The position numbers and the translations under genes are program-made. The notes beneath the pieces are model-generated. The model searched no databases and was not told where the DNA came from. It saw only the letters and a program-made list of their open reading frames with translations. From positions 672,001-736,000 of the forward strand of contig CAVUSO010000001.1 of NCBI GenBank assembly GCA_963744145.1: DNA of 64,000 bases. The letters run 5' to 3'. Below, one piece after another: positions 41,991-54,349 of this stretch (position 1 is the stretch's first letter; each line of letters starts with the position of its first letter). The stretch comes from an uncultured cyanobacterium. GTDB taxonomy: Bacteria > Cyanobacteriota > Cyanobacteriia > Cyanobacteriales > CAWUOF01.

Positions 41991-42510
41991 CTTGTTTTTT
42001 AATTTCATGTACATAGCATTGTTAAGTTTTGGTAATGCTATGGCAACTATTCCAGAAATAGAAAAATTGATTACACTCCATAATTGGATGGATCATAAGA
42101 CCTATGCTGAAATCTACGCATTAGGCCAATTAGTACCTGGTTCAAATATGCTTCATATTCTTCTAATTGGGAATCATGTAGCTGGTTTACCAGGTGCGAT
42201 CGCGGTGGGGATGGGAATGTTTTTGCCTACTTCTTTATTAGTGTATGGAATTGCCAGATTCATAAAAATTTCCAATTCTCCGGCATGGCTTAATAATTTT
42301 AATACGGTGCTAAACCCTATTACTATTGGTATACTCTTTGCTATTGCCTGGAATCTCAGCCAAGGGTTTTTCAATAATATTTTCCTGGTTGTTGTTTGTG
42401 GTGTTACTGTTTTATTAACGACAAAGCGTTTACTTTCTTCTGCTTGGATCGTATTGTTAGCAGCTTTTATCGGTGCTTTACAAGCTTACATATTTTTTGA
42501 TCCAGTCTGA
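41974..42510 (+). CDS. Short-chain chromate transporter, C half
   Basis: SFG, GQLVPG, FLP motifs; overlaps the partner gene. Confidence 0.85.
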   Translation: MNVLIDLFFNFMYIALLSFGNAMATIPEIEKLITLHNWMDHKTYAEIYALGQLVPGSNMLHILLIGNHVAGLPGAIAVGMGMFLPTSLLVYGIARFIKISNSPAWLNNFNTVLNPITIGILFAIAWNLSQGFFNNIFLVVVCGVTVLLTTKRLLSSAWIVLLAAFIGALQAYIFFDPV

Positions 42511-42528
42511 CAATTATTTTGAAAGGTT

Positions 42529-42564
42529 AAAAAAGCTGAGAAAGTTTAATTTCTCGGCTTTTTT
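42529..42564. terminator. Bidirectional intrinsic terminator
   Basis: AAAAAAGCTGAGAAA-loop-TTTCTCGGCTTTTTT between convergent genes. Confidence 0.75.
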
Positions 42565-42724
42565 GAGCTAATCCCAATTTACTCGGTCAGATATATTAAA
42601 TCTAAGATTGAATTGTTGACGATTGATCTGTGGGTGAGAGTGGGTTTTTATAATTAGTTGGTAGCGCTGCGAGTTACTGGTGAAACCGCTCATACCACAA
42701 TATCTTTAACTGAACCCTATTGAA

Positions 42725-45700
42725 TTATACACCTTCCATTTGTTCATCTGTAAGTTCATATAACTGTTGCAATTTCCGCAATTTATCTTCATCAGGTTGC
42801 CAAAAACCCCGTCCATTTGCTTCTAACATCCGTCCCACAATATTCCGAAATGCTTCAGGATTTGCTGTTCGTAATTTTTGAGCTATATCTGAATCGAAAG
42901 CATAGGTATCAGCAGCTTGATCATATACCCATGTATCAGTAAAATTAGCAGTACCACCCCACCCAATTAATGCTGTCATCCGTTGGGATATTTCATAAGC
43001 ACCTCCACTACCTTGATTGACCATTGACTGAGCCCATTTTGGATTAAGGAGTTTCGTCCGATATTCGATTCTGAGTAAATCTTCTAAATTTCGAGGTGTA
43101 GTATCTTTAGAAAAGCTTTCCACAAAACTAGCTGTTACTTTTTTACCACTTTGTTTTTGAGCTGCTAGTTTTAATCCCCCAGTATTCCCATAGTATTCTT
43201 GAATATCTGTTAATCCATATTCGACGGAATCTATCTCTTGGACGATCCGATCGCATTGATTCAATAACTCATTCAAAACTTCTGGTCTAGCTTGACCTTG
43301 ATCTTCCCTCCCATAACTAAACACATTGCGATCGCTCCAAGTTTTCGCTAATTCATCCCCAGATTCCCAATTACTATCGACTACTCGATCATTTACTAAA
43401 GAGCCAAAATCACCAGCAGGATTAGAAAATAAACGAGCTGATGGATTACTTACTCCCTGCGATCGCAATTTTAAACTATGTTTCCGAATAAAATTTTGCT
43501 CTTCTGGTTCATCTACTTCAGCAGCACGTTGAAATAAATCATCAAGTAATTCAATCATATTGACAAAGCTATCTCGAAAAATCCCGGAAAGATTGGCTAA
43601 AATATCAATCCGAGGATGTCCAATTTCTGCTAAAGGTTTTAATTCATAACGCACAATTCGTCCTGTTCCTTCTTTAACAGGTTCTGCTCCGACCAATTCT
43701 AATAAAATCCCAATAGATTCTCCCTTAGTTTTAATTATATCTAAACCCCATAACATCACTGCTACTGTTTCCGGATATTTACCTTGTTCTTGAAGATGCT
43801 GATTAATAATCTTCTGACCAATTTCCTTTCCTCTTTCATAAGCACCAGGACTAGGAATTCGATAGGGATCTAAAGCATGAATATTTCTTCCTGTTGGTAA
43901 TACCCCGATTCCATCTCGTAACAAATCACCTCCTGGTGCTGGGGGAATATATTCTCCATTTAATCCTCGTAATAGATTGGTCAATTCATCGGTATTTTGG
44001 GCTAGTAAATTACGAATTTGTTGAGATAATTCTGGTTCTACTAGAGAATTATTATTACTAAAATAAGCATCTAAATAGGATTCCATTTCCTCTGCTGTCG
44101 GGATTTCTCCTAAAACGTGCAATCCTGATGAAAATAAACGTTGCTCTAAAATTTGCAAATATTCATATAATTTGACTAAATAAGTATCGAAAACCTGATT
44201 GCTAAATAGTCGCAAGTTTTCTACAGTAAAAGCAATACCTAATTTTTTAGCATCAGTAAATGGACAATCTGCATCTAATCCAGTATCTAAAATCTTTTTC
44301 GCGATCGCTTCTTTCAAAATATAATTTTTTTCCCGATCCTCCCGATATTCCCCAATCAAATCTCGTAAAGTTACTAATTCCTTATATAACCCAGCTCGAC
44401 TATAAGGTGGTACATTATGAGAAATAATTACTCCATAACCTCGACGTTTAGCTAAAATCGATTCCGAAGGATTATTAGCAGCATATATATACAAATTAGG
44501 CAAATTACCTAATAAAATATCTGACCAAGAATAACCCGTATTTCCTAAAGGAGATCCCGGTAACCATTCTACTGTACCGTGCATCCCAAAATGAACTATA
44601 GCATCAGCTTGAAAATCATGTTGGAGCCATTCATAAAATGCAGCATATTGAGGATGCGGTGTCAAGTCCCTCGCAAACATTAAACGCATTGGATCACCTG
44701 CAATTCCTAAAGGTGGTTGAACAGCAATCCAAATATTACCTAGTTGTATTCCACCTAGATTAAATTCATCAACATAAGTTTTAATCCCTGTTCCCGTCAG
44801 CGATTTCCATTGTTTTTCAATGCGGGTAGTTAGTAAATAACCTAGCCATTTTTCTAAGGTTTTTACATTCACCTTCGTACTTGAATGGTGATGATGATCT
44901 TCATCTGCTTCCTTTACCATCCGAATTAATTCTTCACCATCTTCAGGAATATTCCCGACAGTATAACCTTCAGCTTTCAGAGCATGGAGGAAATTTAATA
45001 GCGATCGCGGTACATTTAATAATGCTGCTGTACCCGTTGCTCCATATCCTGGTGGAAATCCATATAAAATTACGGCAATTTGGCGATCGCTTACTGGTTT
45101 TTGGTGTAATTTAATCCAATTCTTTAAACGTTCTACTAACCGCTTAACTCGCTCAGGAACTAAATAAATATCTTCTCCAACTAAACCACCTAAAGGAATT
45201 GTATCAATGGCACCATCTAATTCTGGTAAAGCATATAATACCACACTTTGTAATCCTCCGATTCCTTGTCTTGTCCAAGAATAAATATCCTGAATTAACA
45301 AAGGTGCTGCTACTAGATAAGGTACATTTTTAGCACTAAGAATTGTTTTAGCAACTTCAACTTGACGACCAGCTTCCATTGAACCAGCTGGACCACCAAC
45401 TAAAGGAAATCCAATCGTAGAGACGATCGCATCGACTGTAATTGCTTCTGGAGATAAAGAAGGAATTTTGACTTGATTTTGTTGTCTTTGTTGAATTTCA
45501 CTCCTAGTCGTCATCCAATCTCTTACAGCTACATGACCTTCCACCCCATTAATAAATATCGGTACAGGAATTAATCCTCCTTTTTCAAAATCAGAAATCA
45601 ATTGGGAAATATAAGGTTGTTTGGTAATAACGTGCTTACGGTATAGTAAAATGCCGACAACGGGCAAATGTTTCAGATGACTTTTTTTCTCTTGATACCA

Positions 45701-46363
45701 TTCCCAATAGTCCCGAGGTGAGGTAAAATATCCTTGATAATCAGGATGTAATAATCCCAAATTAGGAGTTTCAATCGGTGCAGGAATATCGCCAATTTTC
45801 AGACCTAAATATTTTTCCGCAATGATCCAAAACATCGCAGCAATATTATCCACTCCCCCAGCATTCCAATAACCATAAATAATTAACCAATTCCGCAGGT
45901 CTTGTACCTTTTCTCCGGGAATAAATTTTAATAATTTCGGTCCGATTTTTAAAAAACTAATATAACCAGCTAATTTATCTTCTTCCCTCCCATTGCTAAA
46001 CTTATCTAAAATAAATTTAACTGGTTTGGGCATTCCTTTCGGGCGATCGCCAATTTTAAATTTCCCAATTTGAGTCAGACTAATTAATTCTAAGGCTGAT
46101 TCAAAAACTAACCGAATTGGGATTGCCGAAACGCGATCGCGCAACCACAGAATCTGATCATAATCAAATAGTAAACTCCCAAAAAAAACCTCCGCACCAA
46201 CTAGTGCGGTTTCCACGCTGGCTCGTTTGCTACTCAGATCGCGATCGCTAAATACCCGAATATCTAACTCTGGACAACGGCAAGTAGCCAACTGAGCAGC
46301 TTGGCGGTATAATTCAGCATTAAAAGATTCAAACCCAGCCATCAAAACAATTCGCTTCATCAT
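42725..46363 (-). CDS. bchH: Magnesium chelatase subunit H, BchH-like paralogue
   Basis: GFPLVGGPA, HFGMHGTVEWLPG, LPTGRNIHALDP, RTKLLNPKW motifs. Confidence 0.9.
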   Translation of the reverse strand: MMKRIVLMAGFESFNAELYRQAAQLATCRCPELDIRVFSDRDLSSKRASVETALVGAEVFFGSLLFDYDQILWLRDRVSAIPIRLVFESALELISLTQIGKFKIGDRPKGMPKPVKFILDKFSNGREEDKLAGYISFLKIGPKLLKFIPGEKVQDLRNWLIIYGYWNAGGVDNIAAMFWIIAEKYLGLKIGDIPAPIETPNLGLLHPDYQGYFTSPRDYWEWYQEKKSHLKHLPVVGILLYRKHVITKQPYISQLISDFEKGGLIPVPIFINGVEGHVAVRDWMTTRSEIQQRQQNQVKIPSLSPEAITVDAIVSTIGFPLVGGPAGSMEAGRQVEVAKTILSAKNVPYLVAAPLLIQDIYSWTRQGIGGLQSVVLYALPELDGAIDTIPLGGLVGEDIYLVPERVKRLVERLKNWIKLHQKPVSDRQIAVILYGFPPGYGATGTAALLNVPRSLLNFLHALKAEGYTVGNIPEDGEELIRMVKEADEDHHHHSSTKVNVKTLEKWLGYLLTTRIEKQWKSLTGTGIKTYVDEFNLGGIQLGNIWIAVQPPLGIAGDPMRLMFARDLTPHPQYAAFYEWLQHDFQADAIVHFGMHGTVEWLPGSPLGNTGYSWSDILLGNLPNLYIYAANNPSESILAKRRGYGVIISHNVPPYSRAGLYKELVTLRDLIGEYREDREKNYILKEAIAKKILDTGLDADCPFTDAKKLGIAFTVENLRLFSNQVFDTYLVKLYEYLQILEQRLFSSGLHVLGEIPTAEEMESYLDAYFSNNNSLVEPELSQQIRNLLAQNTDELTNLLRGLNGEYIPPAPGGDLLRDGIGVLPTGRNIHALDPYRIPSPGAYERGKEIGQKIINQHLQEQGKYPETVAVMLWGLDIIKTKGESIGILLELVGAEPVKEGTGRIVRYELKPLAEIGHPRIDILANLSGIFRDSFVNMIELLDDLFQRAAEVDEPEEQNFIRKHSLKLRSQGVSNPSARLFSNPAGDFGSLVNDRVVDSNWESGDELAKTWSDRNVFSYGREDQGQARPEVLNELLNQCDRIVQEIDSVEYGLTDIQEYYGNTGGLKLAAQKQSGKKVTASFVESFSKDTTPRNLEDLLRIEYRTKLLNPKWAQSMVNQGSGGAYEISQRMTALIGWGGTANFTDTWVYDQAADTYAFDSDIAQKLRTANPEAFRNIVGRMLEANGRGFWQPDEDKLRKLQQLYELTDEQMEGV

Positions 46364-46435
46364 TTAACCAAGACAAAAAGATATATGATCAAATTACCGT
46401 AGCTTGTCTACTGGATATCGTTTAATTAAATAATC

Positions 46436-46771
46436 ATGGCCGAAATTCAGTTTATTAAGGGAATGACCGAAGAAGTAGTACCAAATGTTCGCCTGACCCG
46501 TTCACGGGATGGTAGTAATGGGACTGCTACGTTTGAGTTTCAACAACCAAAGGCACTCAGTAATGAAGTTAAGCAAGATATTACTGGAATGTATCTCATT
46601 GATGAAGAAGGGGAGCTGACAACTAGAGAAGTCAACGCCAAATTTGTCAATGGTAAACCAGAAGCGATCGAAGCTATTTACCTGATTAAATCTCCGGAAG
46701 AGTGGGACAGGTTTATGCGCTTCATGAATCGGTATGCTCAGGAGAATGGTCTAGGATTTAATCAGGCATAA
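46436..46771 (+). CDS. psb28: Photosystem II assembly factor Psb28
   Basis: [27 protein letters not shown] motifs. Confidence 0.96.
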   Translation: MAEIQFIKGMTEEVVPNVRLTRSRDGSNGTATFEFQQPKALSNEVKQDITGMYLIDEEGELTTREVNAKFVNGKPEAIEAIYLIKSPEEWDRFMRFMNRYAQENGLGFNQA

Positions 46772-46804
46772 TTTATTAGCTAGTCTGTACTATGCTAAAC
46801 CTCT

Positions 46805-47317
46805 ATGGTGTACTTTCCTCATCCTGATGCTTCAGTTATGACAGTGAATTGTGCTGTCATAACTGTTAGTGATACCCGTTCCCTCGAAACCGATCGAAGT
46901 GGTCAACTGATTCAACAGTTACTGCTAAATTCAGGTCACTACGTGGGAGCGTATGCTATCATTAAAGATGATCTAGCCCAAATCCAGACCCAGTTAGAGA
47001 TCCTGTGTCAAAATTCGGATCTGGGTGCTGTGATTTTTAATGGAGGAACTGGGATTGCCCCGAGAGATACTACTTATGAAGCGATCGCTGCTTTGCTAGA
47101 AAAAACCTTACCTGGATTTGGGGAAATCTTTAGATTTTTAAGCTATCAAGAAATTGGTTCACGAGCGATCGCATCTCGCGCGATCGCGGGGATTTATCAA
47201 TCTAAATTAATTTTCTCTCTGCCCGGATCTACCGGTGCAGTTAAACTGGCATTAGAAAAATTGATCTTACCGGAAATAGTGCATTTAATTAGCCAACTGC
47301 GGACGACATCGACTTAA
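46805..47317 (+). CDS. MogA/MoaB molybdenum cofactor biosynthesis protein
   Basis: TVSDTR, GGTGIAPRD, LPGFGE, LPGS motifs. Confidence 0.93.
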   Translation: MVYFPHPDASVMTVNCAVITVSDTRSLETDRSGQLIQQLLLNSGHYVGAYAIIKDDLAQIQTQLEILCQNSDLGAVIFNGGTGIAPRDTTYEAIAALLEKTLPGFGEIFRFLSYQEIGSRAIASRAIAGIYQSKLIFSLPGSTGAVKLALEKLILPEIVHLISQLRTTST

Positions 47318-47375
47318 AAACAAGTTCATGGTTCATTAGCAGCAATAACGAACCATAAACAAACTAGACCAAAGA

Positions 47376-48671
47376 TCAGTTGGTCCCTAAGGAATGAGTA
47401 GGATTTTCGGATTTGAGGGTAGCGATCGCCTGAGCATACTGGGGATCTTGCAGAGTGGCAATCAACTTTGGATTTGCTGCTAATATTTGCTGTTGCTCCT
47501 CAGTCAAACCTACCTCGACATCGGGAGTAATTCCTTTGTGGCTAATATCAGTGCCATTGGGAGTATAGTAATGAGCGATCGTCACTGACACTCCAGAGCC
47601 ATCAGAGAGAGGATGAACTGATTGGACTAAAGCTTTGCCAAAAGTTTTCGTCCCAATAATTTTAGCACGTCCATTATCTTTCATCGCGCCTGCTAAAATT
47701 TCACTAGCGCTAGCAGAGTGAGCATCAACCAGAATTGCTAAAGGTAGATTGGTAATTGAGGTGCGATTCGCAGTGAGATCCTCTTTGTTCCCTTGACGAT
47801 CGATAGTACGGACAATTGAACCTGTATCAATCCACATCCGGGCAATTTCAATACTTGCTTGTAATAGTCCACCAGGATTACCCCGTAGATCTAATACATA
47901 ACCAGCTACATTCTGGTCACCCAGATCCTTGATTGCACGACGCATTTGATCCGCAGCATGGGAACTAAACTCTCGTAAATAGATATAGCCAATGCGTTGA
48001 TTACCTTCTTGTTTGAGCGAAGCAGTCACGGTTTCTAGTTCAATCCGTTCACGCTTCAAGGTTTGATCAAAATCATTACTATGATCACGACCAATCCGCA
48101 GAGTCACATTTGTGCCTAATGGACCACGGATTAATTGAGCCGCAGCTTCTACACTTAAACCGGTCGTGGACTTACCATCGATCGCCAAAATTCGATCTCC
48201 TTTTTTAATTCCAGCTTTAATAGCAGGAGAATTATCAATTGGTCTGACGACGGTCAGCATCTGAGTTTTTTCATCTAATTCTAATTGCAGCCCAACTCCA
48301 GAAAGTTCTCCGGAGGTTTGGTTAGTTAAGGATTCATACTGTTTCGGATCAAGAAAACGAGTGTAGGGGTCTCCTAATTGCTTCAGTGCGGCTCGCAATG
48401 CGTCATAAGCTTGCTCTCGTGAAGCATAATTCTTATCTAACAGACTAGTTCTGGTAGTTCGCCAATCAACGTGATTGAATGTGCCATCTACATATTCACG
48501 GTTAACTATTTGCCATGCTTCATCCAAAACTGTTTTCGGACTATCCTGTAGGGCAGCACGAACTGAACTGGTATACAGTGGACCTAATACCGTTAGGGTA
48601 GCAGTAGTAGCGATTGCACCGCCAAGGAAGGCAACTTGAAGTGGACTAAAGCGTTTTGGGGATCGGTTCAT
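47376..48671 (-). CDS. ctpB: C-terminal processing protease (S41A, PDZ)
   Basis: DPYTRF, DLRGNPGG, SASASEI, TFGK motifs; paralogue name is tentative. Confidence 0.88.
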   Translation of the reverse strand: MNRSPKRFSPLQVAFLGGAIATTATLTVLGPLYTSSVRAALQDSPKTVLDEAWQIVNREYVDGTFNHVDWRTTRTSLLDKNYASREQAYDALRAALKQLGDPYTRFLDPKQYESLTNQTSGELSGVGLQLELDEKTQMLTVVRPIDNSPAIKAGIKKGDRILAIDGKSTTGLSVEAAAQLIRGPLGTNVTLRIGRDHSNDFDQTLKRERIELETVTASLKQEGNQRIGYIYLREFSSHAADQMRRAIKDLGDQNVAGYVLDLRGNPGGLLQASIEIARMWIDTGSIVRTIDRQGNKEDLTANRTSITNLPLAILVDAHSASASEILAGAMKDNGRAKIIGTKTFGKALVQSVHPLSDGSGVSVTIAHYYTPNGTDISHKGITPDVEVGLTEEQQQILAANPKLIATLQDPQYAQAIATLKSENPTHSLGTN

Positions 48672-49131
48672 TGATGGTTGGCAAGTGAGGTTGATATCGA
48701 CAGTTGAATCTTTAATTGATACTTTAGTAAGTTAAAAACTGAACCAATGCACCCACTCTAAATTCCGTTCAGGAACTGGGTATTTAATCAGTTTTTTTTA
48801 ACAATTGCAGAATGCCCCTTGATGATTCGGACTCCTAATCGGGTCATATTTACTTCCAAGCAACTGATTTTAATTTAGCTGGCCAACTTATGGGCTTGTC
48901 TAAACTATGTGACAGTTACCTCCCCGTCCTTAACTAGAAGAGCCAGAGGCATAGATTGGGTTGAGCAAAATGACTGACTAGCGAGTGCTTGTAAGATTAC
49001 TACTTGTTAGTCTAACCAAATTCCATTAAATTAGCTCAGTAAGGAGAGAAAAATTCATTAAAAATTTATCCTAGCTTAATTAGGCTATAATTCAATTAAA
49101 GATTCTGGACAGCTATTTGTAAGGATTTTGT

Positions 49132-49932
49132 GTGATTACCCTGACATCTCCTGCTGTAATATTACCAAAAAAGTCATTGGGTTTGCTAGCAAATTTGGGC
49201 ATTGCCATTCTAGCTTTGACGGGAGTGATCACGATGCAATGGACTAAATTACAGCAAAAATCATTATCCAATCTCACTCCCCAACAAGCTGAACAACAAG
49301 AATCCATCCGTCTTAGATTACTCAGTCGCTCTCCTAGCTTGGGTTTTGGTAATTTAATTGCGGATTGGACATTTTTGGGTTTTGTCCAATATTTTGGGGA
49401 TAATGATGCCAGAAAGCAAACGGGCTATTATTTGAGTGTTGACTACTTTGACCTAGTAACTAAATTAGATCCTCATTTTATTGAAGTTTACCCTGTTTTT
49501 TCCACAGCTGTTTCCTTTTATTTGGGTAAACCAGAAACAACAATCAAGTTTATTGATCGCAGTTTAGTTGTTTCATCCCGATTAATTCCCAAATCCTATG
49601 TATTGTGGGTATACAAGGGTCTAGATCAATTATTATTGTTAGGTGATATTCCTGGGGCAATTAAATCCTATGAAATGGCAGCTAAATGGTTACAAGGAAC
49701 ACCAGATGAAAACCTAGCCAAATATTTTCAACTATCCGCAAACTTTCTGAAAAAAAATCCTCATAGTATATCTGTGCGGTTTTTAGCATGGAATGAGATT
49801 TACCAGCAAGCTATAGATCAAAAAACCAAAGAACGGGCTAAACAAGAAATGCTGAAGTTGGGTGCTCAAATTGAAATGACTCAAGATGGAGAAATTCGCT
49901 TTGTTCTACCACCAGCACTCATGGAAAAATAG
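49132..49932 (+). CDS. Hypothetical membrane-anchored helical protein
   Basis: 266 aa ORF with N-terminal TM segment and GFGNLIADWTFLGFVQYFGD; start uncertain. Confidence 0.7.
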   Translation: MITLTSPAVILPKKSLGLLANLGIAILALTGVITMQWTKLQQKSLSNLTPQQAEQQESIRLRLLSRSPSLGFGNLIADWTFLGFVQYFGDNDARKQTGYYLSVDYFDLVTKLDPHFIEVYPVFSTAVSFYLGKPETTIKFIDRSLVVSSRLIPKSYVLWVYKGLDQLLLLGDIPGAIKSYEMAAKWLQGTPDENLAKYFQLSANFLKKNPHSISVRFLAWNEIYQQAIDQKTKERAKQEMLKLGAQIEMTQDGEIRFVLPPALMEK

Positions 49933-50008
49933 TTGGCTCGACGACCTGGAAGTAAAGACTAGATTTGATCGCGCTTTACTCCCAGAATAGAAAGAATCAG
50001 CCAAGATC

Positions 50009-50989
<981 letters not shown>

Positions 50990-51075
50990 GAGTTTTTGCC
51001 TCAATTTAGTTGTTGATATTGTACCATAACTGAGACAATAATATTCCCATATACCCTGGTTTTTTCAGAATATTT

Positions 51076-53460
51076 TTAAAATGGTAAATCAGCCAAAGTT
51101 GATAAATTTTCATTAAAAGTTGTGCGAGTAGCGATCGCTTGAATTGTCTCTAGATCAACTTGATAAAAATATTGTCGTCGAAATTGTTCTTCAATAATTG
51201 CCAAGGAAAATTGTTTTTCTAGTTCAGCCAAATCAGAATTTTGCTCAGAATTATTTTTAGTCAAATTCACTTGAAATCTAAATCTTCGGTCTTGAAAACT
51301 AATGTGAAAACCTAAAGATTTTAAAATTTGAAAACCTAATTCTAGGGTGCGATCGCTAATTCCGAGTTTTTGGAGTAATTGATAACGAGTTGCTTTTGTT
51401 CCAGTGCGACTCAGATATTTAGCAAGTCCAACTAACTGTTTACCAATTTCTGATGGAGGTACTAATTTAGGTGGTGCAAAAGCGATCGCAATTTTCTTTT
51501 GTTGATGAATTGCTTGACGAAACCATACTTGTAATTCATCCCAACTAGTAGGACATTCTTCAATAATTATCAAGTCATCTGGAAAATTTTTCTCAACTTC
51601 TGTCATAGTTCTTCCATCGATAATCCAATCTAATTGCGGAGAACTTCCCACTGATGTTAGAGAACATTGTCTGACCGTAATTAAACGTACTTCATGGCGA
51701 TTTTTATAAGTATTATAGTCAAGCTCAACAATAGCATCACAACGACCTGAAGGAATTTCATCTTTGTAATGTCCCCACCAAAGTCCAGGAAAACCTTTAT
51801 TAGTAGAATCATCCCGAATCATAAAATCACTTTTAATATAGTCAACTTTTTTACCAGTTAAATCCTGATCTTTCTGGTGCCAGCATTTTTCAAACCAGCA
51901 ATTTTGCAGTAAAATCTTGGGGACAGGATTACCCATTCCGCAAGGTTCGAGTAATTTTAACTCTCGAAATAAATCTTGTCCTAATTCTTGCACAGTACAA
52001 ACTAAATCAGCTTTGACAATCATTGCTAAATTAACACTATCCATTCCTATTTGTTGGCGCAATTGTCGATTTAATGCTTCCGTAAATAGGTTAATATTTT
52101 CCACGGGTAAACTTAACCCAGCCGCAAAGGGATGTCCACCAAAACGATGTAATAAATGAGCTTGGGTTTTAACTAATTGATATAGATCAATTTGACTAAC
52201 TGATCGAGCCGAACCTCGGGCTAATAATTGTCCTGATTCGGAAGCAGTATTTTCAATACTTAATAAAATGGTCGGACGACCGTATTCTTGAGCAATTTGA
52301 CCCGCAACTAAGCCTAAAACACCAACGGACCACTCAATTTCTTGAAGCACAATTACACTGGTAGTCGATAAGTCTAATTGTTTTAATTGAGCTAATGCTT
52401 GTTGAGCGACATCTTTTTGTAATGATTTGCGACGAGTATTAGCTAATTCGGTTTCTAATGCTAATTTTTCAGCCAGTTGGAGATGAGGACTGGTGAGTAA
52501 TTCCACACAAAAAGCAGCATTACCATAAATCCGACTCACTGCGTTAATTCGTGGACCAATTCCAAAGGAAATATCCGTCGGGCGATCGCCATTTCTCCGG
52601 GCTAATTCTAATAACTTTCCTACTCCTGGACGTTGTCGCATCGTTGGTAATTTTTTAAAATCTTCCTGTAATTTAGCAATTCCTTTTTGGGCTAAATACC
52701 GACAATCACCAGTAAGTTTAACTAAATCTGCAATTAAACCGATCGCCACTAAATCTAATAAATTTTCTACCGATTCCTGGGGAATATCTGGCATGATTTC
52801 ATAAAGAGCTTCTACTAATTTATAGGCGACCGCAACACCAGCAAGATGATATAGTTGATGATCAGTAGGTAAATAGCGAGGGTTAATAATTGCTACCACC
52901 GATGGACGCTGATCTGGTAAGGTATGATGATCAGTAACAATAATGTCTATTCCTAACCGATGAGCATATTCAATTTCACTCAAACTGGTACTACCAGTAT
53001 CACAAGTAACGATTAAACTACAACCTTGTTTAACTAAATTGTCTATTCCGGAATTATTAAGACCGTGAGATTCAGTGATCCGATTAGGAATATAATAGAT
53101 TAACTGAGTATTTTGGTGAAAAAACTGTCCTAATCCATCCCAAAGCACTGATGTCGCAGTCACCCCATCCGCATCAAAATCTCCCCAAATTGCAACTTTT
53201 TCACCAATTTCATAAGCTGTTTGTAAGCGTTTTACAGCCCATTCCATTTCTTGTCCAAACGCAAAGGGACTAGCGGGTTGATATAATTCGGAATTTAAAA
53301 ATCCTTCTAGTTGTTGTCGATCTTGAATTCCCCGTTGAGCTAATAGTTGGGCTGCATAATGTCCGGGTAAATCAGGTGCATAGTGGTTAATTACTTCGAG
53401 AAACCACTCAGGTAGATCGATTTTTGACTCTATTTGCCATTTTTGGGCGATTTCAGACAT
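51076..53460 (-). CDS. recJ: Single-stranded-DNA exonuclease RecJ
   Basis: GDFDADG, TDHH, GSARS, FGGHPFAAG, EPCGMGNP motifs. Confidence 0.93.
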   Translation of the reverse strand: MSEIAQKWQIESKIDLPEWFLEVINHYAPDLPGHYAAQLLAQRGIQDRQQLEGFLNSELYQPASPFAFGQEMEWAVKRLQTAYEIGEKVAIWGDFDADGVTATSVLWDGLGQFFHQNTQLIYYIPNRITESHGLNNSGIDNLVKQGCSLIVTCDTGSTSLSEIEYAHRLGIDIIVTDHHTLPDQRPSVVAIINPRYLPTDHQLYHLAGVAVAYKLVEALYEIMPDIPQESVENLLDLVAIGLIADLVKLTGDCRYLAQKGIAKLQEDFKKLPTMRQRPGVGKLLELARRNGDRPTDISFGIGPRINAVSRIYGNAAFCVELLTSPHLQLAEKLALETELANTRRKSLQKDVAQQALAQLKQLDLSTTSVIVLQEIEWSVGVLGLVAGQIAQEYGRPTILLSIENTASESGQLLARGSARSVSQIDLYQLVKTQAHLLHRFGGHPFAAGLSLPVENINLFTEALNRQLRQQIGMDSVNLAMIVKADLVCTVQELGQDLFRELKLLEPCGMGNPVPKILLQNCWFEKCWHQKDQDLTGKKVDYIKSDFMIRDDSTNKGFPGLWWGHYKDEIPSGRCDAIVELDYNTYKNRHEVRLITVRQCSLTSVGSSPQLDWIIDGRTMTEVEKNFPDDLIIIEECPTSWDELQVWFRQAIHQQKKIAIAFAPPKLVPPSEIGKQLVGLAKYLSRTGTKATRYQLLQKLGISDRTLELGFQILKSLGFHISFQDRRFRFQVNLTKNNSEQNSDLAELEKQFSLAIIEEQFRRQYFYQVDLETIQAIATRTTFNENLSTLADLPF

Positions 53461-53503
53461 TTTTGGTTTTTTCTTGATCTTGACAAATTGCTTGGATTAT
53501 GAT

Positions 53504-53900
53504 TATACAGCGGATTTTATATTGATGAAGTACAGGAAAATTGTGGGACAGGCATCTTGCCTGTCCGATCAATTCATCAGTTAAAGTTGATTGTGATTGA
53601 TCTGTGTTGGTTGGGCGGGTTTTTGATGGTGATCGATTTGATGCAAAATTAATTGGTGAACCCGCCCCTACAAATCCTGGTTAATTGTGATCATAAATTC
53701 ATCGACCATCGATTTTGATGATCTAATTTAATCTTGATTGTCTGGGTTTAGTTACCGCCCAACCGAGCAGATTTGATGAATCTGACGAGCAGAAAATCTG
53801 TTTAAGCATCGGCAATTAGATCCCTCGTAGGGGCGGGTTCACCGATGAATTTGCCACACACAAATAACCTTGATGAACCCGCCCAACCCCACAGATCACC
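53504..53900. mobile_element. Family 2 MITE/REPIN-like copy lacking the right end and carrying a family 1 REP
   Basis: Colinear with 20061-20423; extra TTGTGGGACAGGCATCTTGCCTGTCC at 53541-53566. Confidence 0.8.
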
Positions 53901-53961
53901 TGAATGAACCCTTGTGTCGGCGATCGATGCAGAGGGCACAAAGGTATAGAAGTAATAAATG

Positions 53962-53991
53962 TTGACATCTTATAGAAAAAGTGCGTATAAT
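53962..53991 (+). promoter_or_regulatory. Consensus sigma70 promoter
   Basis: TTGACA-18nt-TATAAT upstream of the NYN remnant and rnc. Confidence 0.7.
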
Positions 53992-54022
53992 ATCGTATGC
54001 AGGAAAAACTAGCTTAAAACCT

Positions 54023-54349
54023 ATGCGTTTTGGTTGTTGTGTCAGACAGAAGATTTTTCAATCTATCGAAAAGTTTCATGTTTACCTTCTGACTGGAATT
54101 TGCCCCTTGTGAATTTCTCGGTCATTTGGTTCTCAAGAAGCTTCTTGGGAGATTATCAAATCTTCTCCTTGACACTGATCCCAAAAGGGCTTTACCAAGT
54201 GTGTTACGGGAAAAGTAAAAATTTACTACAATGACGAATCGGAAAATCAAGTTTCACGAAAAAATGCTTTAATTAGTCCTGCTTTGCAGTGGATTAATGT
54301 TCCCTGTCCTCTAAAAAATAGTGCTGACAATCGATTATATCTTTTTTGA
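54023..54349 (+). pseudogene. Degraded NYN-domain-like gene upstream of rnc
   Basis: One frame reads KIYYNDESENQVSRKNALISPALQWINVPCPLKNSADNRL, bounded by stops; KNSAD is a NYN-like motif. Confidence 0.55.

Noticed and set aside
54034..54234. 66-aa ORF upstream of rnc
   Set aside because: Better explained as an alternative frame across the decayed NYN-like remnant
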